A stretch of DNA of 64,000 nt. It comes from Antedon mediterranea (taxonomy: Eukaryota > Animalia > Echinodermata). The notes under the pieces were generated by a model. That model worked only from the letters and a program-made list of their open reading frames with translations, was not told the origin of the DNA and made no database searches. Of this stretch, positions 19,634 through 33,551 are shown in pieces. Position 1 is the stretch's first letter. Each line of letters opens with the position of its first letter. A program made the translations under genes and the position numbers. Location: positions 9,564,422 through 9,628,421 of the forward strand of contig NC_092678.1 of the NCBI RefSeq assembly GCF_964355755.1, read 5' to 3'.

Positions 19634-22600
19634 TAAACTGTTACTGACTACATTTTGACTATACAGTCCATTGATTATTCTACTATGTATTTGCAGTTTA
19701 AATTCTCTAAACTGTTACTGACTAATCAACTACATTTTGACTAGACAATTCACTGATTATTCTACTATGTAGGCCTATTTGCAGTTTAAATTCTCTAAAC
19801 TGTTACTGAATAATCAACTGTCTTTTGACTAAACAATTCACTGATTATTCTACTATTTACACACAGTTTAAATTCTCTAAACTGTTCCTGAATAATCAAC
19901 TGTATTTTGACTAAACAATTCACTGATTATTCTACTATGTATTTGGAGTTGAAATTCTCTAAACTGTTACTGAATAATCAACTGTCTTTTGACTAAACAA
20001 TTCACTGATTATTCTACTATGTATTTGCAGTTTAAATTCTCTAAACTGTTACTGACTAATCAACTACATTTCGACTAGACAATTCACTGATTATTCTACT
20101 ATGTATTTGCAGTTTAAATTCTCTAAACTGTTACTGACTAATCAACTACATTTTGACTAGACAATTCACTGATTATTCTACTATGTATTTGCAGTTTAAA
20201 TTCTCTAAACTGTTACTGAATAATCAACTGTCTTTTGACTAAACAATTCACTGATTATTCTACTATTTACACACAGTTTAAATTCTCTAAACTGTTCCTG
20301 AATAATCAACTGTATTTTGACTAAACAATTCACTGATTATTCTACTATGTATTTGCAGTTTAAATTCTCTAAACTGTTACTGAATAATCAACTGTCTTTT
20401 GACTAAACAATTCACTGATTATTCTAGTGTATTTGCAGTTTAAATTCTCTAAACTGTTACTGACTAATCAACTACATTTCGACTAGACAATTCACTGATT
20501 ATTCTACTATGTATTTGCAGTTTAAATTATCTAAACTGTTACTGATTAATCAACTACTTTTGACTAGACAATTCACTGATTATTCTACTATGTATTTTCA
20601 GTTTAAATTATCGAAACTGTTACTGACTAATCAACTACATTTCGACTAGACAATTCACTGATTATTCTAATATGTATTTGCAGTTTAAATTCTCTAAACT
20701 GTTAAGTGTTACTGAATAATCAACTGTCTTTTGACTAAAAAATTCACTGATTATTCTACTATGTATTTGCAGTTTAAATTCTCTAAACTGTTACTGAATA
20801 ATCAACTGTATTTTGACTAGACAATTCATTGATTATTGTACTATTTAGACACAGTTTAAATTCTCTAAACTGTTACTGAATAATCAACTGTCTTTTGACT
20901 AGACAATTCACTGATTATTCTACTATGTATTTGCAGTTTAAATTCTCTAAACTGTTACTGAATAATCAACTGCCTTTTGACTAAACAATTCACTGATTAT
21001 TCTACTATGTATTTACAGTTTAAATTATCTAAACTGTTACTGACTAATCAACTACTTTTGACTAGACAATTCACTGATTATTCTACTATGTATTTTCAGT
21101 TTAAATTATCTAAACTGTTACTGACTAATCAACTACATTTCGACTAGACAATTCACTGATTATTCTAATATGTATTTGCAGTTTAAATTCTCTAAACTGT
21201 TACTGAATAATCAACTGTATTTTGACTAGACAATTCATTGATTATTGTACTATTTACACACAGTTTAAATTCTCTAAACTGTTACTGAATAATCAACTGT
21301 CTTTTGACTAGACAATTCACTGATTATTCTATGTGTTTGCAGTTTAAATTCTCTAAACTGTTACTGAATAATCAACTGTCTTTTGACTAAAAAATTCACT
21401 GATTATTCTACTATGTATTTGCAGTTTAAATTCTCTAAACTGTTACTGAAAAATCAACTGTATTTTGACTAGACAATTAATTGATTATTGTACTATTTAC
21501 ACACAGTTTAAATTATCTAAACTGTTACCGACTAATAAACTACTTTTGACTAGACAATTCACTGATTATTCTACTATGTATTTGCAGTTTAAATTATCTA
21601 AACTGTTACTGATTAATCAACTACATTTCGACTAGACAATTCACTGATTATTCTACTATGTATTTGCAGTTTAAATTATCTAAACTGTTACTGATTAATC
21701 AACTACATTTCGACTAGACAATTCACTGATTATTCTACTATGTATTTGCAGTTTAAATTATCTAAACTGTTACTGACTAATCAACTACATTTTGACTAGA
21801 CAATTCACTGATTATTCTACTATGTATTTGCAGTTTAAATTATCTAAACTGTTACTGAATAATAAACGGTCTTTTGACTAGACAATTCACTGATTATTCT
21901 ACTATTTACACACAGTTTAAATTCTCTAAACTGTTACTGAATAATCAACTGTATTTTGACTAAACAATTCACTGATTATTCTACTATGTATTTGCAGTTT
22001 AAATTCTATAAACTGTTACTGAATAATAAACGGTCTTTTGATTAAACAATTTACTGATTATTCTACTATGTATTTGCAGTTTAAATTATCTAAACTGTTA
22101 CTGACTAATCAACTACTTTTGACTAGACAATTCACTGATTATTCTACTATGAATTTGCAGTTTAAATTATCTAAACTGTTACTGACTAATCAACTACTTT
22201 TGACTAGACAATTCACTGATTATTCTACTATGTATTTGCAGTTTAAATTATCTAAACTGTTACTGACTAATCAACTACATTTCGACTAGACAATTCATTG
22301 ATTATTCTAATATGTATTTGCAGTTTAAATTCTCTAAACTGTTACTGAATAATCAACTGTATTTTGACAAGACAATTCATTGATTATTGTACTATTTACA
22401 CACAGTTGAAATTCTCTAAACTGTTACTGAATAATCAACTGTCTTTTGACTAGACAATTCACTGATTATTCTACTATGTATTTGCAGTTTAAATTCTCTA
22501 AACTGTTACTGAATAATCAACTGTCTTTTGACTAAAAAATTCACTGATTATTCTACTATGTATTTGCAGTTTAAATTCTCTAAACTGTTACTGAATAATC

Positions 22601-25600
22601 AACTGTATTTTGACTAGACAATTCATTGATTATTGTACTATTTACACACAGTTTAAATTATCTAAACTGTTACTGACTAATCAACTACTTTTGACTAGAC
22701 AAATAACTGATTATTCTACTATGTATTTGTAGTTTAAATTATCTAAACTGTTACTGATTAATCAACTACATTTCGACTAGACAATTCACTGATTATTCTA
22801 CTATGTATTTGCAGTTTAAATTATCTAAACTGTTACTGACTAATCAACTACATTTCGACTAGACAATTCACTGATTATTCTAATATGTATTTGCAGTTTA
22901 AATTCTCTAAACTGTTACTGAATAATCAACTGTATTTTGACTAGACAATTCATTGATTATTGTACTATTTACACACAGTTGAAATTCTCTAAACTGTTAC
23001 TGAATAATCAACTGTCTTTTTACTAGACAATTCACTGATTATTCTACTATGTATTTGCAGTTTAAATTCTCTAAACTGTTACTGAATAATCAACTGTCTT
23101 TTGACTAAAAAATTCACTGATTATTCTACTATGTATTTGCAGTTTAAATTCTCTAAACTGTTACTGAATAATCAACTGTATTTTGACTAGACAATTCATT
23201 GATTATTGTACTATTTACACACAGTTTAAATTATCTAAACTGTTACTGACTAATCAAATACATTTTGACTAGACAATTCACTGATTATTCTACTATGTAT
23301 TTGCAGTTTAAATTATCTAAACTGTTACTGAATAATAAACGGTCTTTTGACTAGACAATTCACTGATTATTCTACTATTTACACACAGTTTAAATTCCCT
23401 AAACTGTTACTGAATAATCAACTGTATTTTGACTAGACAATTCATTGATTATTCTACTATTTACACACAGTTTAAATTATCTAAACTGTTACTGACTAAT
23501 CAACTACTTTTGACTAGACAATTCACTTATTATTCTACTATGTATTTGCAGTTTAAATTCTCTAAACTGTTACTGAATAATCAACTGTATTTTTACTAGA
23601 CAATTCATTGATTATTCTACTTTTTACACACAGTTTAAATTCTCTAAACTGGTACTGAATAATCAACTGTATTTTGACTAAACAATTCACTGATTATTCT
23701 ACTATGTATTTGCAGTTTAAATTCTATAAACTGTTACTGAATAATAAACGGTCTTTTGACTAAACAATTCACTGATTATTCTACTATGTATTTACAGTTT
23801 AAATTGTCTAAACTGTTACTCAATAATCAACTGTCTTTTGACTAGACAATTCACTGATTATTCTACTATGTATTTGCAGTTTAAATTATCTAAACTGTTA
23901 CTGATTAATCAACTACATTTCGACTAGACAATTCACTGATTATTCTACTATGTATTTGCAGTTTAAATTATCTAAACTGTTACTGACTAATCAACTACAT
24001 TTTGACTAGACAATTCACTGATTATTCTACTATGTATTTGCAGTTTAAATTATCTAAACTGTTACTGAATAATAAACGGTCTTTTGACTAGACAATTCAC
24101 TGATTATTCTACTATTTACACACAGTTTAAATTCTCTAAACTGTTACTGAATAATCAACTGTATTTTGACTAAACAATTCACTGATTATTCTACTATGTA
24201 TTTGCAGTTTAAATTCTATAAACTGTTACTGAATAATAAACGGTCTTTTGATTAAACAATTTACTGATTATTCTACTATGTATTTGCAGTTTAAATTATC
24301 TAAACTGTTACTGACTAATCAACTACTTTTGACTAGACAATTCACTGATTATTCTACTATGAATTTGCAGTTTAAATTATCTAAACTGTTACTGACTAAT
24401 CAACTACTTTTGACTAGACAATTCACTGATTATTCTACTATGTATTTGCAGTTTTAATTATCTAAACTGTTACTGACTAATCAACTACATTTCGACTAGA
24501 CAATTCACTGATTATTCTAATATGTATTTGCAGTTTAAATTCTCTAAACTGTTACTGAATAATCAACTGTATTTTGACAAGACAATTCATTGATTATTGT
24601 ACTATTTACACACAGTTGAAATTCTCTAAACTGTTACTGAATAATCAACTGTCTTTTGACTAGACAATTCACTGATTATTCTACTATGTATTTGCAGTTT
24701 AAATTCTCTAAACTGTTACTGAATAATCAACTGTCTTTTGACTAAAAAATTCACTGATTATTCTACTATGTATTTGCAGTTTAAATTCTCTAAACTGTTA
24801 CTGAATAATCAACTGTATTTTGACTAGACAATTCATTGATTATTGTACTATTTACACACAGTTTAAATTATCTAAACTGTTACTGACTAATCAACTACTT
24901 TTGACTAGACAATTCACTGATTATTCTACTATGTATTTGTAGTTTAAATTATTTAAACTGTTACTGATTAATCAACTACATTTCGACTAGACAATTCACT
25001 GATTATTCTACTATGTATTTGCAGTTTAAATTATCTAAACTGTTACTGACTAATCAACTACATTTCGACTAGACAATTCACTGATTATTCTAATATGTAT
25101 TTGCAGTTTAAATTCTCTAAACTGTTACTGAATAATCAACTGTATTTTGACTAGACAATTCATTGATTATTGTACTATTTACACACAGTTGAAATTCTCT
25201 AAACTGTTACTGAATAATCAACTGTCTTTTTACTAGACAATTCACTGATTATTCTACTATGTATTTGCAGTTTAAATTCTCTAAACTGTTACTGAATAAT
25301 CAACTGTCTTTTGACTAAAAAATTCACTGATTATTCTACTATGTATTTGCAGTTTAAATTCTCTAAACTGTTACTGAATAATCAACTGTATTTTGACTAG
25401 ACAATTCATTGATTATTGTACTATTTACACACAGTTTAAATTATCTAAACTGTTACTGACTAATCAAATACATTTTGACTAGACAATTCACTGATTATTC
25501 TACTATGTATTTGCAGTTTAAATTATCTAAACTGTTACTGAATAATAAACGGTCTTTTGACTAGACAATTCACTGATTATTCTACTATTTACACACAGTT

Positions 25601-28600
25601 TAAATTCCCTAAACTGTTACTGAATAATCAACTGTATTTTGACTAGACAATTCATTGATTATTCTACTATTTACACACAGTTTAAATTATCTAAACTGTT
25701 ACTGATTAATCAACTACTTTTGACTAGACAATTCACTTATTATTCTACTATGTATTTGCAGTTTAAATTCTCTAAACTGTTACTGAATAATCAACTGTAT
25801 TTTTACTAGACAATTCATTGATTATTCTACTTTTTACACACAGTTTAAATTCTCTAAACTGGTACTGAATAATCAACTGTATTTTGACTAAACAATTCAC
25901 TGATTATTCTACTATGTATTTGCAGTTTAAATTCTATAAACTGTTACTGAATAATAAACGGTCTTTTGACTAAACAATTCACTGATTATTCTACTATGTA
26001 TTTACAGTTTAAATTCTCTAAACTGTTACTCAATAATCAACTGTCTTTTGACTAGACAATTCACTGATTATTCTACTATGTATTTGCAGTTTAAATTATC
26101 TAAACTGTTACTGATTAATCAACTACATTTCGACTAGACAATTCACTGATTATTCTACTATGTATTTGCAGTTTAAACTATCTAAACTGTTACTGACTAA
26201 TCAACTACATTTTGACTAGACAATTCACTGATTATTCTACTATGTATTTGCAGTTTAAATTATCTAAACTGTTACTGAATAATAAACGGTCTTTTGACTA
26301 GACAATTCACTGATTATTCTACTATGTATTTGCAGTTTAAATTATCTAAACTGTTACTGAATAATAAACGGTCTTTTGACTAGACAATTCACTGATTATT
26401 CTACTATTTACACACAATTTAAATTCCCTAAACTGTTACTGAATAATCAACTGTATTTTGACTAGACAATTCATTGATTATTCTACTATTTACACACAGT
26501 TTAAATTATCTAAACTGTTACTGACTAATCAACTACTTAATTTTGACTAGACAATTCACTTATTATTCTACTATGTATTTGCAGTTTAAATTCTCTAAAC
26601 TGTTACTGAATAATCAACTGTATTTTTACTAGACAATTCATTGATTATTCTACTTTTTACACACAGTTTAAATTCTCTAAACTGGTACTGAATAATCAAC
26701 TGTATTTTGACTAAACAATTCACTGATTATTCTACTATGTATTTGCAGTTTAAATTCTATAAACTGTTACTGAATAATAAACGGTCTTTTGACTAAACAA
26801 TTCACTGATTATTCTACTATGTATTTACAGTTTAAATTCTCTAAACTGTTACTCAATAATCAACTGTCTTTTGACTAGACAATTCACTGATTATTCTACT
26901 ATGTATTTGCAGTTTAAATTATCTAAACTGTTACTGATTAATCAACTACATTTCGACTAGACAATTCACTGATTATTCTACTATGTATTTGCAGTTTAAA
27001 TTATCTAAACTGTTACTGACTAATCAACTACATTTTGACTAGACAATTCACTGATTATTCTACTATGTATTTGCAGTTTAAATTATCTAAACTCTTACTG
27101 AATAATAAACGGTCTTTTGACTAGACAATTCACTGATTATTCTACTATTTACACACAGTTTAAATTCTCTAAACTGTTACTGAATAATCAACTGTATTTT
27201 GACTAAACAATTCACTGATTATTCTACTATGTATTTGCAGTTTAAATTCTCTAAACTGTTAATGAATAATAAACGGTCTTTTGACTAAACAATTCACTGA
27301 TTATTCTACTATGTATTTACAGTTTAAATTCTCTAAACTGTTACTGACTAATCAACTACATTTTGAATAAACAATTCACTGATTATTCTACTATGTATTT
27401 GCAGTTTAAATTATCTAAACTGTTACTGATTAATCAACTACATTTCGACTAGACAATTCACTGATTATTCTACTATGTATTTGCAGTTTAAATTATCTAA
27501 ACTGTTACTGACTAATCAACTACATTTTGACTAGACAATTCACTGATTATTCTACTATGTATTTGCAGTTTAAATTATCTAAACTGTTACTGAATAATAA
27601 ACGGTCTTTTGACTAGACAATTCACTGATTATTCTACTATTTACACACAGTTTAAATTCCCTAAACTGTTACTGAATAATCAACTGTATTTTGACTAGAC
27701 AATTCATTGATTATTCTACTATTTACACACAGTTTAAATTATCTAAACTGTTACTGACTAATCAACTACTTTTGACTAGACAATTCACTTATTATTCTAC
27801 TATGTATTTGCAGTTTAAATTCTCTAAACTGTTACTGAATAATCAACTGTATTTTGACTAGACAATTCATTGATTATTCTACTATTTACACACAGTTTAA
27901 ATTCTCTAAACTGTTACTGAATAATCAACTGTATTTTGACTAAACAATTCACTGATTATTCTACTATGTATTTGCAGTTTAAATTCTATAAACTGTTACT
28001 GAATAATAAACGGTCTTTTGACTAAACAATTCACTGATTATTCTACTATGTATTTACAGTTTAAATTCTCTAAACTGTTACTGAATAATCAACTGTCTTT
28101 TGACTAGACAATTCACTGATTATTCTACTATGTATTTGCAGTTTAAATTATCTAAACTGTTACTGATTAATCAACTTCATTTCGACTAGACAATTCACTG
28201 ATTATTCTACTATGTATTTGCAGTTTAAATTAGCTAAACTGTTACTGACTAATCAACTACATTTTGACTAGACAATTCACTGATTATTCTACTATGTATT
28301 TACAGTTTAAATTCTCTAAACTGTTACTGACTAATCAACTACATTTTGAATAAACAATTCACTGATTATTCTAATATGTATTTGCAGTTTAAATTATCTA
28401 AACTGTTACTGATTAATCAACTACATTTCGACTAGACAATTCACTGATTATTCTACTATGTATTTGCAGTTTAAATTATCTAAACTGTTACTGATTAATC
28501 AACTACATTTCGACTAGACAATTCACTGATTATTCTACTATGTATTTGCAGTTTAAATTATCTAAACTGTTACTGACTAATCAACTACATTTTGACTAGA

Positions 28601-28633
28601 CAATTCACTGATTATTCTACTATTACTGAATAA
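19626..28633 (+). repeat. 82-bp satellite array (~110 units) with higher-order repeats
   Basis: Unit AATTCACTGATTATTCTACTATGTATTTGCAGTTTAAATTCTCTAAACTGTTACTGAATAATCAACTGTCTTTTGACTAGAC; period measured 20001, 20083, 20165; 81-bp variants create the repetitive ORFs at 22038 and 24248. Confidence 0.98.
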
Positions 28634-28847
28634 TATATACATACAGTTTATTTAGTGATATTTTCCCCGACGATCTATTTCTGTAAACAATAAATAAACA
28701 TGTATAATTAATTTATGTATGATAGCACTGTATTTCACTTACTTTGAAAGAAGACAGGCAAATCTTGATAGTTCTATAGAAAACTTGCAATGCTTTTAAA
28801 TAATTTCTTGCTACTGCATGCCACTGAAATTAAAAACATAAACCTAC

Positions 28848-28934
28848 CTTTGGATACATCCTCCTCATTTTGTCATATAACTGTTGAAATTCATAGTAAT
28901 GGAGAACTGGATTTTTGTTATAGACTTCTCTTGC
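28848..28934 (-). CDS. Exon, C-terminal helical domain (AREVYNKNPVLHYYEFQQLYDKMRRMYPK)
   Basis: ttttgtag| acceptor, |gtaggt donor (or read-through to TAA at 28830-28832), 87 nt, phase 0. Confidence 0.6.
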
Positions 28935-29018
28935 CTACAAAAAAAAATAAAAATTGTATTTAATAATGTGATGGTGATTATTACAATTAAATAGATAATA
29001 CATAAACATTAAACATAC

Positions 29019-29141
29019 TGTTCTTTTTGGCAGATGACCCTCTTCTATTTGTCTGCCAAACAATTTAAATACAGCGTCCATAACGTCTTGGTTGTCGAAT
29101 TTCGACTTTGGGCCATGTTTGCTTAGAGGATGGCTTACAGA
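29019..29141 (-). CDS. Exon (SVSHPLSKHGPKSKFDNQDVMDAVFKLFGRQIEEGHLPKRT)
   Basis: aactag| acceptor, |gtatgt donor, 123 nt, phase 0-0, joins 28848-28934. AV...F...I..G.LP.......P.L......DK.R resembles the Myb/SANT-like C-terminal domain of animal YR-element proteins (from memory). Confidence 0.6.
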
Positions 29142-29299
29142 CTAGTTATATTGAAAGTAGAAAAATAATAAAGTCAAATTAATAGGTGAAATAAGTTTTA
29201 CAGAAAATGTACTTTAAGTATTTGAAATGAGAATTGTATTGATGTTTTAGATAACAATAATAATGACAATAATACCAGGAGTAATTAAAGTGCTTGTAA

Positions 29300-30180
29300 G
29301 ATTATCTGGTGGATGATGTTAATATGAAATTGTATGCCACATATGGATTTGATTATGGGTGATTAGCATAGATTAAATTAAAATAAAATAAACACATTCT
29401 ATAAACTCAGTACTACACAAAACTAAAAATGCATGCAGTTATTTGGTGGTTGATGTTAAAATAAAAGTGTAGGCCTATGCCACATCAGGATTTCAACCCG
29501 AGACAAGAGTGTCGATGCTCTACCAGCTGAGCTATGATAGCATCCTATAAAAGAAATAGATTTTAGTGATTAGCATGGATTAACACATTCTATAAACCAC
29601 TAAACAAACAAAAAACGTGCATGCAGTTATCTGGTGGATGATGTTAATATGAAAGTGTATGCCACATCAGGATTTGAACCCGAGACCAGAGTGCCGATGC
29701 TCTACAAGCTGAGCTATGATAGCATCCTATAAAAGAAATAGATTTTAGTGATTAGCATGGATTAACACATTCTATAAACCACTAAACAAACAAAAAACGT
29801 GCATGCAGTTATCTGGTGGATGATGTTAATATGAAGGTGTATGCCACATCAGGTTTTGAATCTGAAAAATTAGCATAGATTAAACTAAAATAAAACAAAC
29901 ACACAAACACATTCTATAAACTACTAAACAAATAAACATGCATGCAGTGGATGATGTGAGATATGAAAGTGTATGCCATATCAGGATTTGAATCTGAAAA
30001 ATTAGTATAGATTAAATAAAAAAAAAAGCATCAACACATTATATAAACTACTAAGCTACCAACTGAGCTATGATAGCATTCTATAACAGAAGAAGATGTT
30101 GATATTTAGTATGGAAAAATCATTCTGAAAACTACTACATTTAAACAGTATACAACTGCAAAGTGAGGATTTGAACAATT
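29300..30180 (-). repeat. tRNA-derived tandem repeat family A, second locus
   Basis: Same anchors as 1-555 and 2430-4700; tRNA-like units at ~29478-29541 and ~29660-29723 lack ~7 nt of the anticodon 3' stem/variable region. Confidence 0.93.
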
Positions 30181-30681
30181 ACTTTAGAAACTACAGAAGT
30201 TATCTTGGGGAGGCCTCAAATTAGTTTGTATAAATAAATTAACTAAGCATACAAACTAGAGAATACAAAGAGTAATGTGCAAATTTAAAAAGTAAACATT
30301 TTCCTGTTTTTTGAGATACCAAGACCTGATAAAAACAGTTAAAGAATGTCCATACAAGTACAAAGGACATTTTGCTGACCTGAAATAAAAACTAATTAAA
30401 CAAGTACAGTAAAGCAAAATATACCAGGAAACTTTGCTGACCTGGTAAAAACATTAGTGCAATATATTGGGAGACTCAAAATCCTACCATCACCCAAGGA
30501 ATCATACTGCAGTACTAAAACGATAATGTACAGTACTCATACAAATTGTTTAAAAATACTACATCAACGTTGACCATATATTGCAGTACCAATTAAAAAG
30601 AGTGTGGTCTGGAGTGTGGTCTGGCAATATTAGTTTGATGCTTTACAAATGTGTCCTTATTAACAATTATTGAATACTTAC

Positions 30682-30720
30682 AGATGATGGCGCTTCATTC
30701 GCATGTGCTTGAGAAATTTC
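30682..30720 (-). CDS. Candidate microexon (EISQAHANEAPSS)
   Basis: caccag| acceptor, |gtaagt donor, 39 nt, phase 0-0. Confidence 0.5.
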
Positions 30721-30875
30721 CTGGTGAATGTAAAATAATATTGTACATAATACCATTACTTGTTTCATTATTCGTAAAGAGGTAAACAAGAAAATAATAA
30801 TGATTACATAGAATTCAGTCCTGTAAATAAATGGACACTGGAAAAATATATATTTATGTGAAAATTGTATCTTAC

Positions 30876-30917
30876 CAGCATTTCATCTATGGTGTCCTCC
30901 ACACTTGAAAATGCAAC
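30876..30917 (-). CDS. Candidate microexon (VAFSSVEDTIDEML)
   Basis: ttttctag| acceptor, |gtaaga donor, 42 nt, phase 0-0. Confidence 0.5.
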
Positions 30918-30960
30918 CTAGAAAAGATATACCTTAAAGTGAAGTATGTATTGCATTTGC

Positions 30961-31551
30961 TACTAAACAAATAAACATGCATGCAGTTATCTGGTGGATG
31001 ATGTTAATATGAAAGTGTATGCCACATCAGGATTTGAATCTGAGTGATTAGCATAGATTAAATTAAAATAAAACAAACACACAAACACATTCTATAAACT
31101 ACTAAATAAATAAACATGCATGCAGTTATCTGGTGGATGATGTTAATATGAAAGTGTATGCCACATCAGGATTTGAATCTGAAAAATTAGCATAGATTAA
31201 ATAAAAAAAAACAAACATACAAACACATTCTATAAACTACTAAACAAATAAACATGCATGCAGTTATCTGGTGGATGATGTTAATATGAAAGTGTATGCC
31301 ACATCCGAATTTGAATGTGGTGGATTTAAGCATAGATTAAAATAAAACAAACACACATTCTATTAAATACGAACAAAATAATAAATAACTTTAAAGTGTA
31401 CTGCATGTACACCTCAAAATTTGGACCTGAGACAGAGTGGTGATACTCTACGAACTCTAAAAAATAGATTTTTGTAATTAACATACATATTTAAAAAAAA
31501 AATAAACAATAATCAAACAATTATAATAATTGGAAATACATTACTACTCTA
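30961..31551 (+). repeat. Direct, near-identical duplicate of 4162-4753 (three family-A short units plus unique flank)
   Basis: Shares diagnostic text such as CCACATCCGAATTTGAATGTGGTGGATTTAAGC and GGACCTGAGACAGAGTGGTGATACTCTACGAACTC; offset ~26.8 kb; identity ends at CATTACTACTCTA. Confidence 0.93.
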
Positions 31552-31827
31552 GTTAGTTTATAATGATAGATAAATTGAACATGAATCAAAATGGTTTATA
31601 ATTTATTATCAGTTTTTTTATACAACCCCTTGTGTCTTGTTTACTTTGTGTGGAGGGAATTGGAGGTGAGTGAGACATCATTATAATTATGATTGATATC
31701 AATTATGATAACAAATTAAAAGAAAATAGGGCCTATTTATAGATAATAAAGCGGTAACTACCATAGACTCACAAACATAAACATTGTAATTACTTTCTAT
31801 CTATAATTAATGTTGCCGCAAGGTCCA

Positions 31828-33551
31828 CCTGAGCATTACCCGTAACGCCACAAACAAGGAGATGACTGAAGAGCTGATAATAGTCTATTTATATGAAATG
31901 AATGATCAATCAATAAAAAATAATGCCATGCAACTTTGTTTCTGATTTTAAAAAAGGTCCACTTGTTTAGGCCTGACATTTACAACCATAAAAATATCTC
32001 ACTTTCAAAAACAATATTTATTTTCAGTTAAAAAAAAAGAGAAAAAATATCCCTAGAGGTTCGAACCCACTGCTGAGAGCACTCAAACCTGAGCATTACC
32101 CGTTACGCCACAAACCAGTAGATGACTGAAGAGCTGATAATAGTCTATTTATGTGAATGAATGATCAATCAATGAAAAATAATGCTATGCAACTTTGTTT
32201 CTGATTTTAAAAAAGGTCCACTTGTTTAGGCATGACATTTACAACCATAAAAATATCTCACTTTCAAAAACAATATTTATTTTCAATTAAAAAAAAAAGA
32301 AAAAAAAAATACCCGTATAGGTTCGAACCCACTGCTGAGAGCACTCAAACCTGAGCATTATCCGTTACGCCACAAACCAGTTGATGACTGAAGAGCTGAT
32401 AATAGTCTATTTATATGAAATTAATGATCAATCAATGAAAAATAATGTCATGCAACTTTGTTTCTGATTTTAAAAAAGGTCCACTTGTTCGGGCCTGACA
32501 TTTACAACCCTCAAAATATCTCACTTTCAAAAATCATATTTTAAAAAAAAAGAAAAAAAAATCCCTAGAGGTTTGACCCACTACTCAGAGCACTCAAACC
32601 TGAGCATTACCCGTTACGCCACAAACCAGTAGATGACTGAAGAGCTGATAATAGTCTATTTATATGAAATGAATGATAAATCAATGAAAAATAATGTTAT
32701 GCAACTTTGTTTCTGATTTAAAAAAAGGTCCACTTGTTTAGGCCTGACATTTACAACCATAACAATATCTCACTTTCAAAAAAAATATTTATTTTCCGTT
32801 AAAAAAAAAAGAGACAAAATATCCCTAGAGGTTCGAAAACACTATTGAGAGCACTAAAATCTGAGCATTACCCGTTACGCCACAAACCAGTAGACGACTG
32901 AAGAGCTGATAATAGTCTATTTATATGAATGGATGATCAATCAATGAAAAAGAATGCTATGCAACTTTGTTTCTGATTTTAAAAAAGGTCCACTTGTTTA
33001 GGCATGACATTTACCACCATAAAAATATCTCACTTTCAAAAACAATATTTATTTTCAATTATAAAAAAAAATAAAAAAAAATACCCGTATAGGTTCGAAC
33101 CCACTGCTGAGAGCACTCAAACCTGAGCATTACCCGTTACGCCACAAACCAGTAGATGACTGAAGAGCTGATAATAGTCTATTTATATGAAATGAATGAT
33201 CAATCAATGAAAAATAATGCCATGCAACTTTGTTTCTGATTTAAAAAAAGATCCGTTTGTTTAGGCCTGACATTTACAACCCTCAAAATATCTCATTTAA
33301 AAAAAAAATATTTATTTTCAATAAGAAAAAAAAGCAATATCCCTAGAGGTTGGAACACGCTACTGAGAGCACTCAAACCTGGGTATTACCCGTTACGCCA
33401 CAAACCAGTAGATGACTGAAGAGCTGATAATATGAAATTAATGATCAATCAATGAAAAATAATGCCATGCAACTTTGTTTCTGATTTTAAAAAAGGTCCA
33501 CTTGTTTAGGCCTCACATTTACAACCCTCAAAATCTCTCACTTTCAAAAAC
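31828..33551 (-). repeat. ~260-bp tRNA-derived satellite family B, ~6.5 units in reverse orientation
   Basis: Reverse complement of the monomer downstream, e.g. GGTTCGAACCCACT...CCTGAGCATTACCCGTTACGCCACAAACC. Confidence 0.97.

Noticed and set aside
22038-24457. ORFs with a 27-aa repeat (MIKQFTDYSTMYLQF...)
   Set aside because: By-product of consecutive 81-bp satellite variants; no coding evidence.
31549-31830. Helitron/Helentron terminus (CTAGT) at the satellite B border
   Set aside because: No subterminal GC hairpin or paired end could be identified.
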